This document shows, piece after piece, positions 53,381-64,000 of a stretch of DNA of 64,000 nucleotides (positions are counted from its first letter, which is position 1; each line of letters opens with the position of its first letter). A program made the translations under genes and the position numbers. Source of the stretch: Ginglymostoma cirratum (lineage: Eukaryota). Under the pieces are notes generated by a model. It did not search any database. It had not been told where the DNA came from and worked only from the letters and a program-made list of their open reading frames with translations. The stretch spans positions 1,589,944 to 1,653,943 of the forward strand of contig JAHRHZ010000141.1 in the NCBI GenBank assembly GCA_024137785.1. Direction: 5' to 3'.

Positions 53381-55539
53381 GAATCTTCTCCGATGTCTTT
53401 TTCCTTAAATAAATTCTAACTTCCTGCTTCCCCATTCGCACTTACGCTGCGCAACTTCGTGACGCTAACAAAAAAATTCATTGCAAGAAATCTATGTTGT
53501 TTAAGTGTAAATAACTCGAAATAATCGAGCAGGGTTGGTGTCTTGAAATGTTTGACATTGGCAAACTTCCAAATTGTTGCAACAGTTGTGTAGTTCTTTG
53601 ACTTCCATGCTTGGCGGAGACTATTTACTTCATCAAAAGTAAACCAAATATTGCCAACTGTGCAATAGTTCATTCTTGCTTTTTCAAAATAGAAGTACAT
53701 TTATGGAATTTCTATGTGCACAAAACATAAACAAATACCCTACACTTTGGGATCCATTTGTGGGTGAATCCTGAAGCAGTCTTCAAAGATTCCAGTACTG
53801 TTTCCTCACAAGAAAACGAACTAAATTGAAGTCTTGTGGGAGTTTTCTGTTTTTATCTGCCTACTTCTGCGTGTGTCTGAATGTGCGAGGATTGTCTGTT
53901 CTTTCGTGTCTTAAATAAACTGTGTATTTACTTTTCACAAAGCAAACTTTCATCAGTGCTAACTGACTGTTCTTTGTGTGTTTCCTTTTGACGAAATGTA
54001 ACTGCGCATCTACCAATTTCATACTGCCTGTAATAAATCACTCAACCGGCGTATAAAAGTATAATCTTGTTTGATATTTTATTGTATCATTTTTAGCTTA
54101 CTGTTTCATGAAGAAGCAACATTTCTGCTCCATCAGTCAATCAATTTTATTCAACTTCCTCTGTAGTATAAATTCGATCAACGAAGCTGCAATTCTGTCC
54201 ATTTGTACTCTCTGTCGCAACAGTGTCACAAGCTTTGTCCACATAGTATCGATAGAGTATTCATATGTGTTGGTGGTTTTGTAAAAGTCGAAAGGGTGTA
54301 ATATCACTAGTATGCATTATGGTTGTCTTTTTTTTTTGTCCATATCCGTCAACCCTGATATGTGAGAGAGCATATAACGTCCTTTCAAGTTTCATACGTA
54401 ATGATTGATTTCTGAAGGTAAACTCCCCGCCTCTTATTTATCATGATTGCAAAGTATAATTCCAAATTATTTGACAAACATTAAATGCTATTTTCAGTAT
54501 GGAAGCTTAAATTTGGCCTTTGGTGCAAGTGACATACAACAAGACCACGTCAAATGGCTGGATTATCTCATATATCACGCATTCAAGAGATTATTTTTCT
54601 GTTTGATAACTCACATAGACGATGTGTAAAGCCATTTATGAGACAAAAAAAAACTTACAGCATGTCGGAAAAGTCAGTGGGGAGCTAGTAAGTTATTTAA
54701 GGCGAGGAAGCAGTTCAGGAAACCACAACTAAAAACAAAGATTGTAGTAATTCAAAGTGGTCAAAAAATACATGCAAACCACCTAACACCGTTGCCTTCA
54801 ATAATTTGTGTTTTACAGATGTGTTATCATTTCTATTTGAAATTTTTGGTGATTACACACAAAAAAAAAACTTAACGGCGATTCTTTTCAATTTCGGGCT
54901 GAGTAAAATTACCAAATTTGCTTCATAGAAATGGAAACTGGAGACATGTGAATGGCGCATCACTCACACTGTCTATTTTGTTAGTTAGTATATTCAAGGG
55001 TAATCATGCTTTCACTAATTCTTTCTGCACCAGCCATCTCTCAGTCCCGTTCCTTCATTTCTTCCCTCTTCCTCATCAAGTCCCTCGCCTCTTTATTATT
55101 CAACAACATACCAAGACTCTGTAAAACCAAAGTTGTTTTATTTTTAACTTTGACTATGTCTCCCTTCCTTCGTTATTCCTAACAATTTCAACAACGACAG
55201 AATTACTAACACTATCTCTAAACCTTCGTCAGAGTACAGCATCACTGACGGACACAGCATGTTTCTGTAACAGAACTTGTTCTGCAATAAATTCCTTATC
55301 AGCCGTTATGTTCTGTGACTCAAACACTTATAAGCAATTATGCTAAGAATTGCTGAGAACGCACTGACAAAATATGGTGTGTTTAGCATTCAGAAAATGG
55401 ACATCGTGAAGTCAATTGAAGACACAAAAACATAGTTACTGATTTTCCTGTAGAGAGAAGACTTTATTATTTTTCAGCAACCTTGCATATTGTGAACGAC
55501 CTTCACAGAGCAGCGCAGAATATGTCCTTGCACCCTTAC

Positions 55540-55560
55540 CTTCTTTGCAATTCTTCAGAT
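55540..55560 (-). CDS. 21-nt heptad micro-exon, type A, (D)LKNCKE
   Basis: Minus strand: ctttccatttatacgtttcag|ATCTGAAGAATTGCAAAGAAG|gtaagg. Confidence 0.88.
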
Positions 55561-55766
55561 CTGAAACGTATAAATGGAAAGTATTAAACCATTTCCCCCC
55601 CTTAGATTGTTCAATTAATAGAAACGGTGAAAGAGAATAAAAACAACACCGATATCTTTTCCTATTCAGTGAGAATTCCATTCAAACACAAATCAGGTCA
55701 ACGGGACGACCCGAATCGGTTAACAACGTGTTCAAGAAGAGCACAGCAGCACGTTATTATTGCATT

Positions 55767-56387
55767 TGCTTTGGACCAGACCAGTACCACCCCCTCAGAA
55801 TATTTTTAAGAAGGTAGCTAAGTACGAAGGATGTGTTCTACTCTGAAGTAACTGGTCCAACTAACGGACTTTTAGCGGAAGGCAATTTATTTCAACACAA
55901 TACTGTATTCGCAAACAAAGTAGAAAGGAATTTAAAATAAATTAAATGATGGAAAACTTAGCTGAGTAATAGATGCAGTACACAGCACAAATTATATGTT
56001 CCAATATAGTCACATCCATAAGCAAACTTCTTGGCAAAAATGGCAAATTCAGACACAGATTCTTGCATGAAGTTCTCCAATCCAGGAGGTAACCACACCA
56101 GAAGAGATTTCAGACAAAGTAACATCTAGGAATCATTTACTGAAGCTTCCACCTCTTTCGGATCTCAACCAGCTTCTCGTTGCTAAATCAAAAACAGTAG
56201 AAAATTTGGTCTGCAGGGCTGGCCACCCCCCACCAATTGGTTCAACTGGTAAAAAATCCTAAACATCCGCGAACTTATTTAATTAAAACATTTTCAGTAG
56301 TGAGTTCTTCACCCCTGCCTTTACAACATCTCTGCAAAAAACTCATGAAAAGGAATGAACTTTTTTTACTGTGACAGCATCATCACA
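55767..56387 (-). mobile_element. Solo Gypsy LTR with 4-bp TSD
   Basis: TG...CA ends, CATT on both flanks (55763-55766, 56388-56391); homologous to LTR 25648-26260. Confidence 0.75.
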
Positions 56388-57744
56388 CATTGTATTGTGA
56401 TCTTCATGTTATGCCTCCTCGTGATGATATGGCATCAGTCGCGGCTGGAGGCAAAAAAAAGTGTTGAAAACATTCAGTCACCAGAGCCATTTACACGAGA
56501 CCGTGCCACTTCGCTGTTCCTTTAGTCTAGGTGACCAGTACTAGCAACTAATTTAATTAAAATTAATCATTCAAGCCTCTCCAGTTGCTACCAATATCTT
56601 GACAGCAACAGGCCTCCTAAATTAAATGATTGGAAACTGAATGAATCAACAATGAATATTATTGTAACTATTCAACCTTTTTATCTCCTTGATGGGATGT
56701 GAAGAAAATATCCAACTTATGATATACTGCTGGAATAATTGAATTGACAACATTGTATCAGAGGAATTGTCTTTCAAAGTGCTTCCCAAGAAACAATTTT
56801 ATGGCAATAAAACACACAAAATGTGTATGTTTACTGTTAAATTAAAAATAAACAAAACTTTCCAGATCATGACACGTTTGTCAAAGGCTTTAATATTCTC
56901 AGAAATAATCAGCGAAACTTTCGGTGCACTTACTTCCTTCTGATGGGAAACAGTTGTAAATGGAGCATCACACACGTGTATCGAGTCATGTGTCACAAAG
57001 TCCGACTAAATTATGTTGTCGTAATAAATTGTGCAGATTAAAAGGGCAATAAATTCATTGTTGTTACAATTCCAGGGAAGTCGTTTATCCAACTGCGTTC
57101 ACTTGAAAGTTTAAAATCTACTTTTGCCTCTCAATAAGAAGCTCACTAGTCCTTTTTGAATTTCCCACTGGCATTCCTGAACTTGTGGTCAAGATGGTCC
57201 TGTCTTTCCTCTTTATTTTCCCTAATGCTCTCGTTACAGATATGAAAATATTTAGAATCCGCTTCCTTGGATATTATGATCGCGTTAAAGTTAGTATATA
57301 AACTTTTGGACAACCAACAAACTGAACATGTAATCAAACCTTCAAAATTGATTTTATGAATACTTCTCTAATATTGTGTGTGGCTTTCTTCTCCTTTTCA
57401 GAGTATATGCTCTTGCTTAGTCTTTGTGACCACTGAGCGGAGAAAATTTCTTCTCATCATCAATATTGCTAAAATAATCACTTAGCTCTTTAAAATGACA
57501 GAAAAAAGTTTTTTTTTTAATCCCTTTTTTAACCTCTTGTTCCTTTCTATGATTTTTTGGGAGGTGGAGAAGGTAATATTCTGTTACAATTGTGTAATGT
57601 AGTTTTTTGCAAAGATTTGTAGCTCGCGTTGTGGACGAAGTTGGGGAATTGCATTCCAAGCCAGTGTGTTTGAATGCTAACGTATGAATGCTAATGCTAG
57701 GTAACATTAATGCAGCTCCAGTGAAGTTTTGGTGTTCTGTTTCG

Positions 57745-57965
57745 AATACCCGGCTTCCATCAAAAAATGCATTGAACTTGACGCAATGCACAAATCACTG
57801 AAAAACAGAACCGGAAGTGATGGCAACCACCCCAGCAAACCGAGACATACAAATAAGCAGTGGGACAGAACATCAGCTCTACATTACAGGTGCACTGAAG
57901 ATGTCACCTAGCAGTGTGATGAAACGTTTGCAAACAAACACACCGGCTCAGCGAGCATGTACAAC
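57745..57965 (+). mobile_element. 3' end of a second Penelope family
   Basis: SIKKCIELDAMHKSLKNRTG resembles the Penelope ORF end SINKHIELDPIY.PL..RTG; followed by a hammerhead. Confidence 0.7.
57891..57932 (+). ncRNA. Minimal type I hammerhead ribozyme motif
   Basis: UGCA-CUGAAGA-U-GUCAC(8 nt)GUGAU-GAAAC-GUU-UGCA: 4-bp stem I, 5-bp stem II with a G-U closing pair. Confidence 0.72.
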
Positions 57966-58461
57966 CTTATACAGAATTGACTGTCTATATATTAATCTTT
58001 GACAAAATTTTGACTTATATTGAATTCAAATGTCACCATTTGCCACGGTGGTACCTAATACCCATGGGCTGACAACTTTAATTTGTGGTTATGAGCTTGT
58101 GACGCTGTGATTTTTCCACAATCCCACCTTAACACATCTCGAAAAAAAAAACAAAACGTCCAATCAAAGGCAAAGTTTTGTCGGTGGTTGACTCGCAAGA
58201 AACAGGAAAATGTAACTGCAAAAACAAACTTGGCCAAACAGCTTAGTTGTCGTTTTATCGTTGACATTTTGGAAATTACCAAATTAATAAACAATAAAAG
58301 TCCTCCGAGAATTTGAAATTAAAACAAAATACATTAATTATAGGATGAAAAGAAAATCTTTGTGGATTTGCATCCTTCTTACTGCATTAGCTTTTTATTT
58401 TGGTATTATAGATGAATATAAGTAAGTGTGAGAATTAGGGTATCAACATATTTAGTGCAAA

Positions 58462-58499
58462 GTTCTGATGAAGAGTTGTAATGGACTCGAAAAGTTAAC
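58462..58499 (+). ncRNA. Hammerhead-like motif in a short Penelope-terminus fragment
   Basis: GUU-CUGAUGA-A-GAGU(8 nt)ACUC-GAAAA-GUU-AAC; GAAAC is changed to GAAAA. Confidence 0.55.
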
Positions 58500-61400
58500 A
58501 CTGTGCAGATGTTTCCTGCTGCGTTGATGTTCGATTGCTTTATGTGCTTCTCTCAAATTTTTAGCCTACACACCGTTTAATTTCTTTTAATGTTAATTTA
58601 ATGGCCTCCATCATCTGAACATGTCGATTCCCGATGTTCTCCACTTTCTTTAATTTCAAATGGGAAATGTTTATTGCATACTTCCATCTTTACAGATATC
58701 TCAGTTAATTTTTTTTTCTCTCTGCAACCTGAAACGGTCTGTGCCTTTAGGAGTGATATGTCCTGTGCCGTTTCTCTTGTAGAAGAGTGTGGCCACAGGA
58801 GCTCCGGAACGCCTGCTTTAGTTGCAACAGGCAAATAGTTTGAATTTCCTGACTGTGTTTAAATTTAAGTGGATAAAAGAAGAATGATTGCTTGTAGTTA
58901 GTTTTGCGTTGCACCAGGGATTAATTTTGATTGCAGTTGGGATTTAGAGTTAGCCACTGAGACGGAAAGATACAACTCTCTATCTACTGCGGCAAAAAGC
59001 TTGAGTTCTCTCTCTGCTGTTGGATTGTTTATTTCTACTGACAAGGAAGTGAGATAACATGCAAGATAAACCCGTTTTGCTGAATTTGACTTTGTCAAAC
59101 ATGTTTATTAAATTCAGCTTTATTGCAGCATGTCTAATTGATCTTTAAATAACATATTATTTAAGTAATTCTACAAATAAAACTTTACCATTTTTTTCTT
59201 GTTTTTACTTTCTGTTTTTACTGTCTTGTAAGAAAAACATATCTTTTACTTAAGGCTTAACTGTAGAGCATGTGCATTATATGTGCATCAAAATATCTTC
59301 CACTTGTCTTTCAATAAAGTCGAAAAATTGGTGTAGTCCATGAACTTGATGTGTTTTGAGGGAGTTTGGTCTAGTCCGTAACATACTGTCAAATTATGTT
59401 TGTTCTAAACAATATTTTAAGCAGTCTTTTCAGCTCTCTGGATTCCTGTGCTCATGGTTCAAAGCTTATGTAATTATCACTTCTTTCTTGTTCAACGGAG
59501 CATTTCATTTGATCTATCTGTGTCCTCATGTCTCATCCTCTTGTTTCTTTCTGCAGTCAATGGAATTGCTAAGATTTATATTGCTTTAATGCGACTTATT
59601 CGTATCTCTTTCCCCCTGGCTAATTTAATAAGTATCTCTGTCTTAAATCTAAACTGAATTCATAACTCTACACTGCCATATTTGGGCAAGAAGAGCATTA
59701 ATTATCATCACTTGGGTCATTATGTGATTATCTGGGAAAGTAACATGTTCATTGTTAATTGTACTGACATCTACAAAGCCATGCCACAGAAAATAGCTTC
59801 AGAGCGCAGCTTAAACACGAGCCTGTCGTGTTTACAGTCTACTTGATGATTGTGCCTTTTTAAAGAGTTCATTTCAGACATGCCACGTATCTCTTCACTT
59901 ATCATTTTTGTTTATTTGTAATGATTTTCTTTTGTGTTTATTTTTTCGAACACGCCTCAAGAAACATACTCTGTGTTCTGGTTTTTTCCCATTTTTTGAC
60001 ATTATTCATCGTTCCTAAGAATACGAGTCTGAATAGAAGATATGTTTTTTTTTTGTCATTGTAATAATTTTTAATCCCTTATTGCAGCGATCTAATTTAT
60101 TTTCACAAAACAATGTTTCTGGTAATTTGGTAGCCTTTGCTAAAGTCTGCATGACACTTGCAATTTAGAAAAACGATTTTCTTAAACAGCGAACATCTTT
60201 TTCCCCCATGTGACTCAATCAACATCAATAGATTCTCCAACATTTTCTGGTATATCCCTTCTACTGAATGTTGTCGTTTTCTTCTTTTTGATATTTATAT
60301 TTAACTCATTTACTTGAAAACATTCTTGATTAACGACATTCCATGAATCTACTCGTGCAAATTAAAATGTTAACATAGTTCAAAGTTTCAAAATGCGAAA
60401 AGCAAAACGATGGGCTAACGTTTATATTTGCTTTATGCCTGCGCAGAAAATGGAAATCATATGCTTGTACTTTTATATATGTTGGACAAACTCTTCGTCC
60501 TTCAAGTAAATAATGTAAATGAGGATCAAGTACAACTCACTTAGCACACGGTAAATGCTCAAGATTCATGATAAGTATAACATGTCTCAAATGTTAGTAG
60601 CAGCACGGGCAACAGGATAGTAAAAGGAATAATGAGTTACACAAATATAATATGGACCAACACAATAATTCTGAAATTAATTGACAACAAATTACCAGAA
60701 AATATATTACACCAATGGGAAGAAAAAAACGAGTCAGTATGATGTTCTACAAAAAGGAAGATACAGGTCAGAGTTACTTAAGATAAATGTTGACAAAGTG
60801 CAGAGAGAACCAGAAAGTACATGTTGAAAATGTTTGCACAGAGATATAGGGAATTATCATGAGAAATTACGCAGCACAGTAAAGTGAATTTCATTTAATC
60901 AGTTGTGAAAAAATGATGCATAAAACAGCAATATGCTTCAAAGAAATATCAATTGAAATAGGGATATATGGGCAGCAAGAAGGAAATAGATTATGACAGG
61001 CAGAATCATACCCGTGATAACGAATGGTAAGTGTGCATTATAATTTATGAACCTTCATTGAATTACATATAGGTTTTAAAAAGGGTGATAATGAATTTAG
61101 ACATCACTTTGATTCATGAAATATACACAGTGGCATTTATATTGAATAAATTGGAAAGCTACTAACCAATTTCCCCTATGGACCTCCGGTGTCTCTGTTC
61201 TATTTCTGTAGAAGACATGTATTTTGTTAAACAGATGTGGAAAAACTATACAGTGTAAGAAATGGAACGATTAAGTCAAGTGTTTCCAAGTCTTAATCAT
61301 CATAACATTAATACGAAAACAAATCAACGGCAGTGTTAGAAATAAACATGAGAGGCAGCTAGCAAAATTACTGACAAGTTTCAAATGAATAGTTCTGCTC

Positions 61401-62739
61401 AAAATAAAGTATGCTGAAGCTTCTGGGGCAGGAATATCAAAAAAAAAAACACACGCTTTGCTCTTTTTTTATAACAGAACAAAAGGAAATAGCAGAAATA
61501 AAACTATAGAAAACTGACCAATTCCGCAGTAAGTAGTTCATGCACATTATTCCTGTATCAACTAGAGTACAGTTTTCCTTTAAAGAAAGCAAAATATGCA
61601 CAGTGCTTTTAGTTCAGACATTCTGATTTTCTTATTGAAAGCACAGTTACTCGAGAGTAGCAGAAGGTTGAAAGTAATTCTGCGTCCAGAAAATAAGATC
61701 ATAAATCAATTCACGTAACTATTGAAGAAGACACTCATTGTTGATCAATTATCCACAGCCATTCGATCAGGAAATCGTCAGCAGCAAAGCTAACAGTATT
61801 CTTCAAATACATTGGTACTTTTGAAAATAGTGTTTGACAATATGCCGCCTTATGGAGTGATTGATCAAGTAGTGCAATTCGTAGTCATCAGACAGGTTAG
61901 CAGCATTAAATCATATTAAGTTTCAAGAGAGTAAAAAGATATAGGAGCGTGTAAAGGTTTGTTTTTCTGTGTTTATTAAACATGATGCTTCATACGGTTA
62001 ACATAAACACTTAAAATAATCCACACATAGAGAGAATGTTGCCACCCACACAAACAACACATACACTGGTGGACACACACACACGCACAAACTGCATTTA
62101 TGTAAATTTCTCTCTTTTTCTACGTCTCCGATAGACGCTTTATCTACGCAACGTCATTGATTGAAATGTGAAACATTTTTGTTTGCTTCTCAGGCCATGC
62201 AATTTCTCAGTTGTGAAAGGAACAATGATTATCAGATTTTATGAAATATTCTGTTTGTGATTTTTAACATGTAAGACAACATGAATAATTCCGAAGCAAA
62301 TGAAAAGTAAAATGTTACATTCCAGGCGAACTTGGACTATCTCATTACGAACCAATAACTGAAAGAGACATATTTCATTTTTCTGAAACAGAATTCTGTC
62401 AAGTAGTTCCAACTCCAGGATTTGTCTTGGTGGAAACGGATCTGAATAATCTTTTTTCTAAAAAAACACTAAGAAATAGGAGCTCAGAATGCTGTCAATG
62501 AAAGAAAAGAGTTCTAAACATCACTGACAGTTTTCAACATCTTCCATTTAAGATATGCCCTTGTATGTTGCCATATCTACTCCTGAATGAAAAGCATAAT
62601 GATATCTTCCTGAAGTAAACCCTCTAAGCTGAAACATATCAATCAGATCAATTCTAATTCATCGTGACAGAACGACACAACTTGTGTGATTGCATGATGA
62701 AAACGTTTATGGAGGGAGATGCTGGAAAAAAAATCTTTT

Positions 62740-63436
62740 TTGATTTTGAATTTGATTTTGTTGTCAGGTGTACTCAAATATAAACTTACAGGGGGACAGT
62801 GAAAAGTGTACAATGTCGCCAGACAAGGCACCATTTAGGTTCAAGTGCGTAAGCACAGAATCTTCAGAACGAGGAAGTAGGGAAGACAAAGTTTAACGTC
62901 ACACACTGCAGTAATTATAGTGTAGCAGAAACCATACGAAATAATGTTAAAAGCGACACCTTGTACAATGTCTTAAGTTTAAGCATAAAATAAAGAAATA
63001 AAGCTGGATGTTTAATAATTACAGTTATTAACCAGTGCTGAAGCACGGTGGGGGAAGAAGTTTGAATGATCACCTGGCACCTGGAAATCCACAGAAGTCC
63101 GACAGACTGCCAAGTGTCAGCAAAATACAACCATGCCAGATCGAGAGACCATCAAGCTGGGACGCCAAGATATCAGTGCACCAGTTCGAGATTCCACCAT
63201 ATCGGGCTTAGAGACTGCCATGCTGGGCCACGGGTCTGCCATACCAAGTTCGAAAGTTACCTCGCCAGGTCTGAGGTGACCCCTGAGGTGAAGAGTCTGT
63301 GGCTGGGAAAAGAAAGAAAACAGAAAAAGAAAATGAAACATAAAACAGAAGAAAAAAAATAACGAGAGGAATAAAGAAAAGGAAATGGACGGAGCAGACA
63401 ATCTCATTCTAAAATAACCTACTCTGTCGCAATCTT
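62740..63436 (-). mobile_element. Non-autonomous element with Rex1-like tail and internal ~21-bp degenerate tandem repeats
   Basis: Minus strand begins aagattgcgacagagtagg, then a T/C tract, repeats at 63130-63275 (gagactgccatgctgggcc-like), and tail tttcactgt...tacacctgacaacaaaatcaaattcaaa. Confidence 0.6.
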
Positions 63437-64000
63437 CTTGGCTCACATGCAACGACTGCTAATCAAACGTTTCCTCATAGCTCAGACTCTGCAGCTTCAT
63501 CAAGATTCTTTTCAACATTCATTGTTAATGGGTTTTTTTTCTGAAGAACCAACCATAATTGAGATGTCACGGGATTAGTTTACATACAGTGACATTGATT
63601 TCCTTTTTTCAAATCAGACGTTCAAAGTAATAACAGTACCAAAGAATTCAGAGTTAAGCTTCTAAACGTATATATAAATAAAAACTGATCTTTCTGCTTC
63701 TTTGGTCTGTTTTCATAGAAAATTTGAAATCATTTTTGACTGATCACCGCAAAAAAAATCAAACCCGTCATGATTGAACTCCAAAATTAGGAACCTTTTG
63801 TTAGTGAACTCGACAAGTGCGGACGAATTACCAACAGGGAAATAATTGAAACTGAATTTAGAAAGAAGAGAACGTAATTCTACTCTCAGCACCCAGACAT
63901 CTTGCTAATTAAAATGACAGAACATTATAAAAAGTAAGAGATTGTGGTCTGGACATGAGCATAACTGTATAGATAAGATTGTCAATTTTAAAATTGTTCA

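Noticed and set aside
53446-53464. 19-nt segment with ttgttag / gtaagt borders
   Set aside because: Frame-breaking and unrelated to the A/B exons.
63130-63275. Short spaced repeats superficially like a CRISPR array
   Set aside because: Degenerate tandem minisatellite without unique spacers, in eukaryotic repeat context.

Overview
AT-rich, repeat-dense vertebrate DNA, very probably from a cartilaginous fish (HE1-type SINEs, HER1/CR1 LINEs, shark-type Penelope elements). None of the listed ORFs is a host gene; those with recognisable content are transposon remnants. Hidden between the repeats is a minus-strand host gene segment made of at least eight 21-nt, phase-1 micro-exons spread over about 48.6 kb (55560 down to 6989). 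Spliced, they read DLKNCKE-AFASAQE-DLKKGKE-DLAKEKA-DLKIFKE-DLAKEKS-DLKNCKQ-ELAKEQA: one coiled-coil heptad per exon, with two exon types alternating and two GC donors. This resembles the heptad-exon cytoplasmic tails of butyrophilin/chicken BG genes, but no Ig, transmembrane or B30.2 exon was found in the window, so the gene's identity is open. The introns carry Penelope-like elements with minimal hammerhead ribozyme motifs, a family of palindromic Penelope-derived insertions with target-site duplications (TSDs), CR1, Rex1 and RTE LINEs, Gypsy/ERV remnants and solo LTRs. All calls were made by eye, and most repeat boundaries are approximate.
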